From Octopus vulgaris (Eukaryota), in assembly GCA_951406725.2 (NCBI GenBank), contig OX597835.1, forward strand, positions 44,454,001-44,518,000: a stretch of DNA of 64,000 nucleotides, written 5' to 3'. Every line of letters starts with the position of its first letter. The first letter of the stretch is position 1. This document shows positions 1-14,222 of the stretch, piece by piece. The notes below the pieces were generated by a model. That model searched no databases. It was not told the origin of the DNA and saw nothing but the letters and a program-made list of their open reading frames with translations. The translations under genes and the position numbers were made by a program.

Positions 1-290
1 ATCTATCTATCTCTCAATACATACATATATGTATAGGTTTATATTTAGATATGCATGTGTATAAACGTATATTCAATGAACCACACGTCTATACATGCCC
101 ACATGCGCATGCGTGAGCACACATACATATTGAATAAGTTGTCAAATGAATCTTAAGAGTGGAATTAAAAAAGAAATTCAAAAACAAACACCTTCCCCAA
201 AACAATAAATATATTGTCTCAATATCGAGTCCCTGCCCTGTAGATATTCCGTGTTCCATTCTGCTTTCATTAACTTCTATTAATATAATA

Positions 291-393
<103 letters not shown>

Positions 394-1368
394 TGGAATG
401 GAAAGAGGTGCTCTTTCACAGGAATGAATTATATCCAAGCGTACATCGCTTTAGCTCCATATTAATTAATATTCTTTGAATTCATTAATTTCTGTCAGAA
501 TTAGTGTTAAAAGGTATGAAGTTCTAGTTGTCGTTATAGATGTTTCCCCCCCCCTTTGATAACGAATAACAGAAATATGGAGAGGTTGAACACTGAAAAA
601 ACCCAATTAATTATATAATAGGCAACTTTATATCGCCTACGTACGTTTCAATTACTTACCTTTGTTCATATTTTGCAATTAAATTTGCTTTATGCATTTA
701 AAAGGCAAAAGTCTTTTCAGAGAAAGACATTGACAAAAATCCGTTCACATCGAAATGGATGGAGAGTTGCTTAGCGACTGAAATAGCTGCATGCGTCTGA
801 GTGTTTGTGTGTGTCAACATGTGTATCTTTTGGATTCCTTTCTAAAAATAGCTTGAGGTTAAATTTTGACCACAGTGGACAAGAGCTAATTGTTGTTCTG
901 AGGAACTGGGTCATAGTATCATTATCCTTAATGGAATTTAGATCAGTTTTATAAAGGCTTGCTACCACCTCTCTCTCTCTACTCACCCGTGAAGAGAGCA
1001 AAAATAAAACATATATATTAGCAAGGAACCAGATCAATATATTTATTTAAATTCTACTTGTTTAGTTGTGAGAATTTCAATTCTTATAATTTTTATTTAG
1101 TTGGATGTATCAGTCTTATCTCTTGGTAATTTAGGTTATTATATATGTCTTTAGTTCAATTAATTTTTATATAGTTAATGAGGTATCATTCCCTATGTAT
1201 CACATGTATGGATTTAGACTCTTTACAAAGGTGAGGATGCATTTCGTTTTAATGTTAATTCCTGTTTATAGTTAACTTTTATCATTGACGGAGTGTTTAT
1301 TTAAATATAATTTATTATCTAAAATTTATTAAATATATGCATATTTATTTCTACATATATATGTACAT

Positions 1369-1401
<33 letters not shown>

Positions 1402-1406
1402 CACAC

Positions 1407-1450
<44 letters not shown>

Positions 1451-1454
<4 letters not shown>

Positions 1455-3640
1455 AACTTATCCTCCTTACTCCAAATTCATGGAAAGGGTCTTACAACAC
1501 ATGAAATTGACTATCTATCCAATTTCAAATACAGTCCTAGTCTATTCTATGGATTACCCAAGATACATAAAAATCCACTCATTTGTGAAGCCTGCAAAGT
1601 TTCTACAAGCCTATGCATTAATGTTCCTCCACCTACTGACCTCAAACTCAGACCCATCATAGCTGGCCCTTCTTGCGAAACCCACCGTTTGAGTTACTTC
1701 CTTGACATATTACTCAAACCTCTTTTAAAATATGTGAAAAGCTTATCAGGGATGACCTAGACATGCTGAACCACCTCCCGAAGACAGTAAAGGACGGAAC
1801 TGTACTGGTGTCTTTCGATGTGGTCAATCTATACACTAATATCCCACACGACTATGGTATAGAAGCAATCACATTTTGGCTAGAAAAACATCCAGAAGAG
1901 ATCCCAGGACGAATTAACCACAATTTTATAACTGAAGCACTGAAATTCGTCCTGTTGAACAATCATTTCTTGTTCAATACTAGTTACTATCGACAGAAAT
2001 GCGGAATTGCAATGGGGACCAGAGTTGCTCCAGTGATTGCAAACCTCGTAATGGTTTACCACGAACTTAAGTTATACCAATCATCACTAGAAAAATATGG
2101 TGCTTCTTTCAATTGCTACTTAAAGGAGAACTGGAAGAGATATTTAGATGGTTGCTTCATACTTTGGCAAGATAGCATGGATCAACTCCTTGATTTCAAA
2201 AGAATGCTCAACAACATATACAGCAATATATAATTCACTATGGAACACAACAGTAAGCAACTACCTTTTCTAGACATCTTAATTAGAATAGTTAACAACC
2301 ACATAAAAACAGACATCTTTTATAAACCCACAGATTCTAAACAGTACCTATTATTTAACTCTTGCCACCCAAACACATAAAAATCAACATACCCTTTAAC
2401 CTAGCAAAAAGAATCTGCACCATAGTTTCCGATACATACACTCGTGAACATAGACTCCTTGAACTTAGATCTACACTAACCAAAAGACACTACCCAATCT
2501 ATTCCCTTATCAAAAGAGATAAGGAAATAGATATACAAAGATTAAGGAAAACTAGCCGAAATACTAAACAAGACTTAAAAATACTCCCGTACATCTCCAC
2601 ACATAACCCCAGAAACAACGAAGCCTTCAACATCATCACCCAAAACTTTCCCATCCTCACAACAGACAAAACAATGAACGAAATTTTAAGTTCATATAAA
2701 ATTATAAAAAGCAAAAAGCAACCGAAGTCACTGAAAAGAATATTAACCAGCGCTAGTTTACCCACTAACTACTGAGCCAAAAGTGACGAAATGTGGACGT
2801 TCTAACTGTGGAACATTGCCCCACCTTCTGGAGGGTTCAGAATTCCAATTCAAACAAGGAGAAGTATTTAAGATCAAATCAAATTTCACCTGCGCCTCAG
2901 CAAATGTAATCTATGTCATGACATGCATAGGATGTGGTAAACTCTATATAGGACAAACAGGAATTTCGCTCCGTCAAAGAATCACCATTCACAAAGAGCA
3001 AATCCGTCTCCCACAATACAGACGTTTAAAGGTGAGTGAACCCATAGAAAGATGTGCCAGGAATCTTAATCCCAATTTCCAAATATTTCCCTTTTACCAA
3101 TGCTCACAGAACACTACAATGCAACAAAGGTTGAATAAAGAGGCATTTTTCATCAACAAATTTCTCCCCCAACTATTAATGAACACACAACTCAATACAG
3201 AACATCACTAACTCTTCAATTTAAACCACTAAACTCTATACACTACCTACATCCCTCACATCTCTAATTCCAGAACTTCTTACCTCCCTTACAAATAATC
3301 CAGAACTACTTACCTCCCTTACAAATAATCTTTTTTCTCAGGAACTATGAGACCTGACACCGTATATTAACCGGTGTTTTTCAAACGATGAATAGCTTTC
3401 GCGAAAACCAATTGCTTCGTTTTGCTCTCTTACTTTATTATTATTTTCATCTTATAATCATCTCATAATAATGACCTTTATGACTTTTATTACTACCTCA
3501 GTCAATCTAAATGTATATATTTGTCGTTACCTGTCATAAATAGCCTTTTTCTATCTGCAATATGCATTTTCGTTGATTTTCATATTTTACTCTTACATTT
3601 CCTTTCCACGTGTACTTTATATTTTCTTTTCGTAACATAT
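1451..3640 (+). mobile_element. Penelope-like element (Neptune-like), 5'-truncated, degenerate RT + GIY-YIG endonuclease
   Basis: Frameshifted frames give FYGLPKIHK, RPIIAGP, VSFDVVNLYTNIP, YRQKCGIAMGT, WKRYLDG(D)CF and LPFLD. The C-terminus reads CGRSNC..NFTCASANVIYVMTCIGCGKLYIGQTG..RQR..H..KEAFFI. Both ends lie in (TA)n. Confidence 0.93.
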
Positions 3641-3643
3641 TTC

Positions 3644-3760
<117 letters not shown>

Positions 3761-3934
3761 TGTGTTTGTTTGTCCCCCAGCACTGCTTTACAACCGATTT
3801 TTAGGCTCAGTAAACCAACCAGTTGCATAAAAAGGGTGTAATGGAATAAGCACCAGGCTATTAAAATATAATCACTGGCATCTATTCATTCGACTAAAAA
3901 TTCTTGAAGGCGGCACCTCAGCAAGGCGGCTATC

Positions 3935-4377
3935 TGTTTCAATGATTTGACTGCGGCCACGCTGGAGCATCGCTTTAATCGAAAAGATCGGCCTCAGGAC
4001 TTATTCTTTCTAAGCCTAGTACTTATTTTATCGGATTTTTTGCCGAACTACTAAGTTACTGGGATGTAAACACACCCACATCCATTGTCAATCGATGATA
4101 AGGAGAGAAATACAAACACAAAGAAACACACATAAATATATATATATATATGTTTATATTTATGTGTGTTTGTTTGTGTCTGTATTTGTCAACGGATGTG
4201 GGTGTGTTTGCATCCCAGTATCTTACTTCTGAAGATTAGAAAAAAGAGGCCTCAAGCTATTTGTTATCACCTCGACATAACAATCTACTACGCATTTGCC
4301 TTGAGGAAAGAAAGATCAAAAACATCATCCGATTCCCTCCACATTCTAGTTACGGGTTCATAGGCATTAAATACAGA

Positions 4378-4410
<33 letters not shown>

Positions 4411-4537
4411 CGACGGGCTTCTTTTCAGTTTCCGTCTACCAAATCCATACAGATGGCTTCGAGGGGGTCAGGCAGTGGGACAGAAACTGAACCATGTTGT
4501 TGAGAAGCAAGCTTCTTACAACACAGCTACACCAGTG

Positions 4538-4540
<3 letters not shown>
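3935..4540 (-). mobile_element. tRNA-derived SINE (octopus OK-like), internally rearranged
   Basis: Matches the fuller copy at 28066-28462 (tttgactgcggcca.gctggagca, gccgaac..ctaagt, tttccgtctaccaaatcca, cttac.acacagc). Its internal microsatellite is interrupted by foreign sequence at 4143-4378. Confidence 0.8.
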
Positions 4541-4582
<42 letters not shown>

Positions 4583-4588
4583 TCTCTT

Positions 4589-4643
<55 letters not shown>

Positions 4644-4645
<2 letters not shown>

Positions 4646-5397
4646 CAACAAATTGAGGAACCGCTATAATAGGCCGTTCGATCCACTAGAAAAAGCAGCC
4701 AGGGCTCCAACCGCAAATAGTAGTAATTCCGGAATCAGATGAAAAATTAAAAGACATTTACCCTATTCATCTTTAGACAATGCATTGTTTCAGCGTTTTT
4801 TAATGGTAAACCAGCCTGATTAAATTAAATCAAGTCAATCTTCCAAAGGCCAACGCAATTCATCAGTAAAGGAGCCAGGAGGGAGAGAAATTACACGAGG
4901 CAGCTACCTTAATGCCTCGGCAATATCTGACCTAAAATTTTCAAAATAATCGTACTCGCGCCAACTTATCGGCAGCAAATATAAACTGCCGATTCAATTT
5001 CGGAATTAATCAGGAAATTATCAATTTATCAATATTAGGGTAGCAAAAAATTCAATAGAAATTATTTTGCCACCAGCGGTCTAGTGAGAAAGAGGAAATA
5101 GTCAGAGACTATAAATATATTCAAAATCAGGCTGGTTTACCATTAAAAAATGCTGAAACAATGTATTGTCTAAAGATGAATAGGGTAAATGTTTTTTAAT
5201 TTTTCATCTGATTCCGGAATTACTACTATTTGCGGTTGGAGCCCTGGCTGCTTTTTCTAGTGGGTCGAACGGCCTATTATAGCCGTTCCTCAATTTGTTG
5301 TTGAATTTATTTATAGTCTCTGACTATTTCCTCTTTCTCACTAGACCGCTGGTGGCAAAATAATTTCTATTGAATTTTTTGCTACCCTAATATTGAT
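4644..5397. mobile_element. Non-coding Penelope-associated element with interlocked inverted repeats (A-x-B-A'-B')
   Basis: 4644-4820 is the reverse complement of about 5126-5302, and about 5028-5120 is the reverse complement of about 5303-5397. It is flanked by (TA)n and contains a hammerhead motif. Confidence 0.8.
4771..4871 (-). ncRNA. Type I hammerhead ribozyme motif
   Basis: Minus strand: cttta-CTGATGA-attgcgtt...aacgct-GAAAC-AATGCATT-GTC-taaag. Core is intact, stem I is cttta/taaag, and stem III is the palindrome ACAATGCATTGT. Confidence 0.82.
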
Positions 5398-5434
5398 ATA
5401 TATATATATATATATACTTATATACTCTCTCTCT

Positions 5435-5474
<40 letters not shown>

Positions 5475-6290
5475 ATGTCTGTGTGTGTATTTGTGTGTGT
5501 GTGTATGTGTGTATGCGAGTGTGCGTGCGTATATGTGTACGTGCATGCGTGTGTGTGTGTGTATGCGTATGTGTGTACGTACATGCGTGTGTGTATGCGT
5601 ATGTGTGTATGAACGTGTGTATGTTCGTGTGTGTGTGTGTGTGTGTGCTTGTATTTATGCCTCCCACCGTTTCATAACTGGTGTTAGTGTCTTTGCGTCG
5701 GTTTCATATAACCTTTACCGAAAAATCACTTGACGTTAGAAATAATTTTTTTCGGCTAACCCTTTGAAGGCAGGACACCAGCGTTTTTGCACTCCATTGT
5801 CTGAAATAAGTAAAAGACAAAGAGGTAAAAGATAAAAAAAGTACTGGAATGAGACAATTCGTATTCATCGTGGTTGACTGTACGGGAAAATTTCCGTGAT
5901 TGTTCTGCCGCCACTCCTATTATGCATCGTTAATATGGTTGCATGAGATAACAGTCATTGTAGATGGAGTTAGCATTCGATAAAGCAGTGTAGTCTGTTT
6001 CTGTATTTAATGCCTATGAACCCGTAACTAGAATGTGGAAGGAATCGGATGATGTTTTTGATCTTTCTTTCCTCAAGGCAAATGCGTAGTAGATTGTTAT
6101 GTCGAGGTGATAACAAATAGCTTGAGGCCTCTTTTTTCTAATCTTCAGAAGTAAGTTACTTATATGCGAATATGCATACATACATATATTGAAAAATACA
6201 AGCGCCTACACACAAACAAATGCCTCCCCACTCACACACACACACACATATATATATATGTGTGTGTATCAAAATATGTGTGTGTGTGTG

Positions 6291-6321
<31 letters not shown>

Positions 6322-6719
6322 GTGTGTGTATGTATCAAAATATATATGGGTATACTTGTGTATATGTATATATACATATATATATATGTGTGGGTGTATG
6401 TATCAAAATATATATGGGTATACTTGTGTATATGTATATATATATAGATATATATGTGTGTGTGTATATATATAAATATATGTGTGCATATGTATGCTAT
6501 ATGTTAATACGTATATGTATGTGGTGTGTGTGTATGAGATGACAAGAACGTTGTGCATACATGTAAATGCAGAGACGCACACACATATTTACAAATACAA
6601 ATACTTGGAATCATGTATAGTGCCATTGTTCACATTGCCAGGAATTAACAATTATCTATTCTTAGCTTCACTACGAACTGCAACCAGTTCTATTCCTGGT
6701 ATTGAATTGTTCAACAATT

Positions 6720-6885
6720 TTAGCGACGAAAATATTTTGACAAATTAAACTTAAATGTTGAAGTGAATCGAACGGCTTTTGTGTGTTTCTTAAATAGCTT
6801 ACAAACACCTTCCACGCTGCAATTGTTTTCGTTTCAGCACACGATCTCAGATCAAATTACTTGCTATGCGAGTACATCTCCGTAA
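6720..6885 (+). repeat. Interspersed repeat (Penelope pLTR-like fragment); second copy inverted at 14035-14222
   Basis: gcgacgaaaatattttgacaaatt...cttgctatgcgagtacatctcc recurs as the reverse complement at 14035-14197. Confidence 0.7.
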
Positions 6886-6976
6886 TTGTTCAACAGTTTT
6901 CAATAAAATCATATATATATATATCTATATACATACACACACATACACACACACACACATATATATATATATGTAT

Positions 6977-7040
<64 letters not shown>

Positions 7041-7167
7041 GTATATACCCACACACATTTTGTGTTTGTATTTGGTTTGCAAGATTCTTTGTGGGAATTT
7101 GTGTATTGAAACAAATGTATATATATATATATATATATGTTTGTGTGTGTATGTCTATGTATGTATG

Positions 7168-7233
<66 letters not shown>

Positions 7234-7280
7234 AATCCAAACAAGAAAACACAGAAAAAACACAGCAACGCTGGACGTGG

Positions 7281-7328
<48 letters not shown>

Positions 7329-7347
7329 AAATTCACGGACTTGTCTC

Positions 7348-7486
7348 TTGCTCGATGATCCAGTTTAACATCAGCATCGATTTAAATTATTGTTTATATT
7401 AATGCAGACATGTAACTAATTAACTTATAAATTATTATAGAACAAATTATCTCAGCATGTTTTAAGTTGCGAAACAATTGTTGTGA
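7348..7486 (+). ncRNA. Degenerate hammerhead-like motif
   Basis: ttgc-TCGATGA...GAAAC-AATT-GTT-gtga. Stem III is the palindrome ACAATTGT, but the core is mutated. Confidence 0.4.
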
Positions 7487-7789
7487 TATTAGGATTCCCA
7501 GTTGTTAAATAAATTTTATCCCACTTATTTGACTCTCTTTATTTATGATTTTACACACTCCATATGGTTTTTCTCCCGTATCGTACTCTACGTTCTATAT
7601 ATCTTCTAGAACCATCTATATTAAGGAGAATGTTTTATGAGTACAAACAGATCAGTTGAATCCATATATATATACATATATATATACATATACCTATAGA
7701 CAGACATACAGACACACATACATGTATAGAAACACGCACACACACATGTACATATATATATAAATAGATACAGCTGTCATACTGAAAAC

Positions 7790-8675
7790 AAAAGCGGAAG
7801 TCAGAGAGAGGTGAGCGAGTAACAAACAGAATGTATCAGTTTGACGCTCAGAGAAAGAAAAAAGGAAAGGCGGAAGAGAACTTCGACGTTTCGCGCCCAT
7901 GCTCTTCTAAAGAAAGGAATGAGGAGAGAAAGTAGAAGAAGAGAACATTGATGGAGAGAAGAAAAACACGGAGAGAAAGAAAACGTGTCTGAACGAACGG
8001 TTGCACATGTGGAATTCATCGGAAGGAAAGAAGCGGCGAAGAGAACAGTGAGCGTTGGCATGAGTGTGTAAGGATGCGTGCATCTGTATATGTACATACG
8101 GGTGAGCGCGTCTGTAGATGTGTGTGGGCAAGCACGTGTATGAAGAAAGGCTGAGGACGCTCGACCTTTATTCTCTAGAAAAACGACAACGCCGTGGTGA
8201 TCTCATTCTTGCTCACAACATCAGAAGCGGAAAGTGTAACCTCTCGAAAGAGCTGTTCTTCAGTCCTGCTCCAGAGCGTCGGATGCGGGGTCATTCCAAT
8301 CGAAGGAGAGAGACTTTCTCCGTCCGGGTTGCGGATCCGTGGAATAAGCTGCCAGACGAGATAGTGAAGATGCCGACGACCGCTCGGTTCAAAGTCTCTC
8401 TTGACCAGAAATGGCCTGAACTCTTTGCATGACCACCCTCCCTGTACATAACTCCATGTCCCCCTACATGGCCTTGCATTTTGCTTTTTGAGCCAAAAAA
8501 TTAACTAACTAACTAACTAACTAACATGAGTATGAAGATTATATGAGAGTGTGTATGTGTATGGGAGCGCCCGAGTGTATGTGCGTGTGTGTGTGTTTAT
8601 ATGTGTGTTTCTGTGAATGAGTACCTGCGTGTGTGTGGAGCAATGTGTGAATGTCCGCTTCAAGTATTTATGTGT

Positions 8676-8706
<31 letters not shown>

Positions 8707-9190
8707 ATTGTGAACGTGTGTCTGTATGAATGTGAGCGTGTGAGGCTGTCTAACGTATGTGTGTATGTGTGCGATCATCACCCCTGTGTGCAAGCGTTTG
8801 TGTGTAGCAGCAAATATGTAAATATATAGTGTGTGCGTGCGTGTGCGCTCTTGTATTGTTTTTAGGTGTGTGTGTGTTTGTAAGTGGTAGTCGGCCATAT
8901 GCGTGTGTATGTGTGTATGAAGGTGATATACGTGTGAATGTTCTGTGTTTTTGCGTGTGTGCACTTGCATGTGTGTGAGAGGCCATCTGAGGTATGTAGA
9001 GGATGAATGTCGCTGGACCTGGCTGGAGGTGTAAGGTAAGATGGCGGTGACAAAGGTGGTTGGCGTTAGCGGGTGCGGATGTGTGACTATATACATGCTG
9101 CCGTTAGGGTTGGGAAGGAAGTGGGAATATTGATGCTGGTGTCTGTAGTGTTTGAAAGACTGTCTGTGAGCGTGTGTACAGGTGTGAATC
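7790..9190 (-). mobile_element. Decayed Penelope-like 3' tail with minimal hammerhead-like motif
   Basis: Minus strand gaagagcatgggcgcGAAACGTCgaag at about 7881-7907 resembles the tail of the PLE at 30446-30480. The body is a long degenerate GT-rich stretch, interrupted by CR1. Confidence 0.45.
8138..8525 (+). mobile_element. CR1-clade LINE 3' fragment
   Basis: YEERLRTLDLYSLEKRQRRGDLI...FSVRVADPWNKLP..FKVSLD is typical of the CR1 ORF2 C-terminus. It ends in a (TAAC)n tail. Confidence 0.9.
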
Positions 9191-9574
9191 TATATGTATA
9201 TAAGCAACAAAAGTCTAGAGGAGACGAGAGGTCACAGATTAGATTATGAAATATTTCACTCCTGGTTTGAGCATAGAAAATATTAAAAGATTACGTTAAG
9301 AATCGAAGAACTGGCGAGACTAAATGATATAATGTCATTTGTTAAGTGACGGACCGAGAAATGTAAGTGATATAAGTCGTTGACTTAACAGCGTACATGT
9401 ATGGCCAAGGAACTGTTGAAGCATAAAACACTCCTTGCATCAAATAATATTCAAATCCTACAGTAAAGAGACTAGTTTCCGTAACTAGATTACAAAAGTA
9501 TACGTTTCAATAAATCGTTTGAGGTAAGAGATTATATAAGTTTTCAATGCATTTTAACAGGTTTAAAGTAAAAA

Positions 9575-10104
9575 AAAAATGATGACATTCCAAAGGTGGA
9601 GCAGTTTGAATGGGAAACGATGCCCCACCCCCTATATTTGCCGAACATGGCCCCATCTGATTATTATTTATTCTGCAGTCTTCAAAATCATTTGGACAGA
9701 AGAAATAGGAATTCTGTCGATGAAGTCAGAAGAGTACTGGGGGAGTATTTTCCGTCAAGGACTTTACTGTAAATTCAATCGATTTATTAAGGGCATTGCA
9801 TGGACATTTCAGGATTTCCAATGGACATTGTCCCATCTGGTTATCATTTATTCTGCAGTTTTCAAAATCAATTGTACGGAAACAAACATGAATTTTATAC
9901 AAGGTCAGAACAGCACTGGAGGAGAATATTTCACCACGAACAAGGGAATTTTGGAAGAGGGGCCTTGAAACCCTACCAGAGAGATGGAAGTGCATTGTAG
10001 AAAATGAAGGAGAGTATATTTTAGATTAAAATAGAACTTTGTTTAACTTAATTTTGAAAAATAAACGTATTAAAAATCCGCATTATTTATGGGATACCCC
10101 AATA
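9575..10104 (+). mobile_element. mariner transposase 3' relic with right TIR
   Basis: Degenerate HPPY..APSDY.LF.S.QN motif present twice, then RWKCIVENEGEYILD*. Ends ttatttatgggataccccaata|ta. Confidence 0.8.
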
Positions 10105-11707
10105 TATACATAAGGATAAGGATATTAAAAGGGACCCGTGGGAAAACTCATTGAAATAAAAGGGTTGAGATCCACTGGTCTATAGCCATACCTGTCTTTT
10201 GTACAGGGTCGACATTTGATTGCCTTGTAAACAATTATTGTAATAAAGTTTTTGAAGTACGTCAAGGATTAGAAGAAGAGTCAATCAGGACGGAACTTCA
10301 GAGTGTAATTAAGCATTAATAAGTATTTTGTCCGTTTGCTCCCCAATGTTAACAACGCCACAACCAATCAATATGTTGTGAAGGCTGCCACGCAATTGTT
10401 TTACCTAAAATAGCTGTCACTTGCACTTGTCCCTAAACCACAGCTTATAGTCTTACTCAAAGACAAAATAAAACAAGATACGCTGAGATGTGCAAAATGG
10501 CGTGTTCAACATGACACGAAAGTTATAAATTATAAGATAATTCGAAGCTAATCAACAACCTCCAGTGAAGCATTTTTAACGAAGGCCGATTATATTGAGG
10601 TATTAAGATTTCAGATGTACTTTGAAAAATATGCTGAGTATTTTCTGCCTGTTAGATCCAGAAGAATTCCTCAACTGTGTATACCACTTACCAGGACTAT
10701 CTGATTTTGTTACGGTGGCATTCTGCATAGGCGCCTTCGATAAGCTTTTGCTTTAAAAGGCATCATTTTGATACTCATGTGTAGTCGAATTCACGTCACT
10801 AGTGTAGAGCGTGCATGATTTATAAGATATATTTAGGGAGATAATTTTGTATTTTCATTTATCCAAGTAACTTTAAACTAACTTTACCTACATAATTTAG
10901 ATACCGTTCTTTCTTACCTCTCACAATCCTCACAACACAACCAATCTCTGTCTCTATCCCTCTCTCTTTCACTCTCTGTTTCCCACTCTGTCTCGCTGTT
11001 GCTCTGTCTGTCTGAATCTCCATCTCTCTGTATCATTCTTTCTCTCCCTCTGTCTCTCAGTCTAGCTCTCTCTCTCTCTCTCTCTCTCTCTAACTCTTCA
11101 ATCGAAAGCAATGGGACTTCTTGATTGCTATCATTTAGATCTTTCGTATAAAATCTTCGTGACTGTCAATACACATCAAACGGTTACTGGCAGAAATGAA
11201 ACGGTTACGATGTTTATCCAGCGACGTCTGACCACTACACATCCTAAAAAGAGTTGAACTCTGAAAAGACCAAGATTTCCACTACAAAAAATATCAATTT
11301 AATAAAATATTTGAATAATCCTGACCCCCAAAATAATTTTTCACTTACGGACACAATCACAAAACTATGACACTCCGAACTCTGACATTTCACAGAATTC
11401 AGGAAATTTTGATAACAGACTTATTTTGAATTTGGGTGATTGAAAGTCAACATTATTTATACAACATCAGCGAGAATTGCGCCGAAAAAAGGCTTGAAAT
11501 GTGGAGTTTTGCGACAAAATTAATTACGAATCTTTATATTATTTTAGATGCTGTAGTTGCTGCTGATATGAAAATCCTATCATCACCCTCCTCCTACTCC
11601 CCTTCTTCATCCTCCTCCACCATTCCGCTTCCTCCCCATCATCATCACCATCATCACCACCATCACCACCATCACCATCATCATCATCATCACCATCATC
11701 GTCATCG

Positions 11708-11745
<38 letters not shown>

Positions 11746-11783
11746 GTCATCATCATCGTCATCATCATCATCATCGTCACCAC

Positions 11784-11829
<46 letters not shown>

Positions 11830-11833
11830 GTCA

Positions 11834-11870
<37 letters not shown>

Positions 11871-12023
11871 CATTAATATTATTATTATTATTATTAATAC
11901 GAATTATATTAATTTAGTGAATATTTCACGACACAGAATAGAGAAATATATGAAGATATTCATGAATTTATGAATGTACATAAATGTATACACTGCATAC
12001 ATATATCCATACAAATAAATTGC

Positions 12024-12075
<52 letters not shown>

Positions 12076-12077
12076 TA

Positions 12078-12183
<106 letters not shown>

Positions 12184-12240
12184 ATATATAAATATATATG
12201 TATATATGTTTGTATTTATATATATGTATATGAACATGTG

Positions 12241-12307
<67 letters not shown>

Positions 12308-12462
12308 ATTTAAGACAGAAGGTAGCAGTAATTTCCGGTGTGGCGAGGGTAATATAAAGTTCACGAAAATATATGACTATTTTTAATAATGCTAACAATA
12401 CGGAGAATAATTTTAGCCATGTTTGTACTATCTTAAGATGATATCGGACGAACAGTTCAAGT

Positions 12463-12550
12463 AGACCCTGATGAAGTTGCGCCGATAATTAACGCCAAAA
12501 TGCATATTTGACAGCGTACACTGTCTTGCAACAGAAACGGGCGTAGTTCT
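12463..12550 (+). ncRNA. Type I hammerhead ribozyme motif in a ~330 bp insert between (TA)n
   Basis: agacc-CTGATGA-agttgc...gcaaca-GAAAC-GGGC-GTA-gttct. Confidence 0.7.
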
Positions 12551-12629
12551 TGACGACGAAAGATGTGATTAACTGCAAAATAAAACTTGGATGTGTAAAT
12601 CTCTATTCTCCTGATTATAATTTCATTAT

Positions 12630-12712
<83 letters not shown>

Positions 12713-12720
12713 CATATATG

Positions 12721-12760
<40 letters not shown>

Positions 12761-12975
12761 CACACACATTTATGTATATATATATAATTATATTTATATA
12801 TGTATATATGTGTTATATATGATAAGCATATGCATACACACACACACACACGCTCACACACTCATACACACGCACACAAATACACAAACATGGCTGGATG
12901 GATTTTTTTCACGAATATAGATATTTCTAAATGTGAATTTGTACTTTGTATGTAACTGTACAAACGCTTTCATGG

Positions 12976-13006
<31 letters not shown>

Positions 13007-13136
13007 TGTATGTATGTATGTATGTACGTATGTATGCATGTATATATATGTATGTATGTACGTATATTGGTTTGTGATACAGTTATACGTATAAAATTTT
13101 AATGCAAATATCTTGAAGAATATATATTTACGGTTT

Positions 13137-13190
<54 letters not shown>

Positions 13191-13320
13191 CATATATATA
13201 TGTGTGTGTGTGTGTATACTTGCATTCCCGCATCTGAGTACGCGTGTTGTATAAGTACGTTTATCCATGGTCATACATTCTTATACGGATCTGTGGAAGC
13301 CCGTATATATTCTTACCTAC

Positions 13321-13367
<47 letters not shown>

Positions 13368-13420
13368 CATATATATATGTATATATACATATATATACAT
13401 ATATATGTATATATATATGT

Positions 13421-13488
<68 letters not shown>

Positions 13489-13926
13489 GCGAACAAACAC
13501 ATAAATATGGCTGCAGTCTGATGAATCAAACAAATAAATGATAGTTGTGTGTGTGTGCTTGTATGTGTGCTTGTATGTGTGTGTCTGTATACACGTTTAT
13601 GTGGACGAGTATCGTTGTATTTTTCCTCCAATCTGGATTATATATTTATAATGCGCTTTATATTCATATTCCATTGTATCTAGAGGTGGGAAATTCATTT
13701 TTATACAAGAATAATTTTTTCAACGTTTCATTGATTGAATGGTTCTTCTTTAGAATGTTCGAGATATACACACGACGATGATGTGTATAGAATATGTATA
13801 CGTACGCATACTTAAGTATTTCTTTTCCTAAATTTATTTAGAAAAATCTATTAATATATATACATATGCATGTACATATATGTATATGTATATATATATA
13901 TATACGTATGTATGTATAGATATATA

Positions 13927-14009
<83 letters not shown>

Positions 14010-14034
14010 GTATGTATATACATATATATATATA

Positions 14035-14222
14035 TTATGGAGATGTACTTGCATAGCAAGTGACCTGATCTGAGGTCGTGTGCTGGAACGAAAACAATTG
14101 CAGTGTGGAAGGTGTTTATAAGCCATTCAAGAAACACAAAAACCGTTAGATTCACTTCAACATTTATATTTAATTTGTCAAAATATTTTCGTCGCTATGA
14201 GACCACGACCTGTTCACTGACA
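14035..14222 (-). repeat. Interspersed repeat (same family as 6720-6885) with hammerhead-like fold
   Basis: Minus strand: tgtc-agtgaacag-gtcg...cgac-GAAAATATTTT-gaca. Confidence 0.65.

Noticed and set aside
632-725. Hammerhead-like motif on the minus strand (CTGAAAA...GAAACGTACGTA)
   Set aside because: The core is mutated and stem I barely pairs. It is probably a PLE relic but too weak to call.
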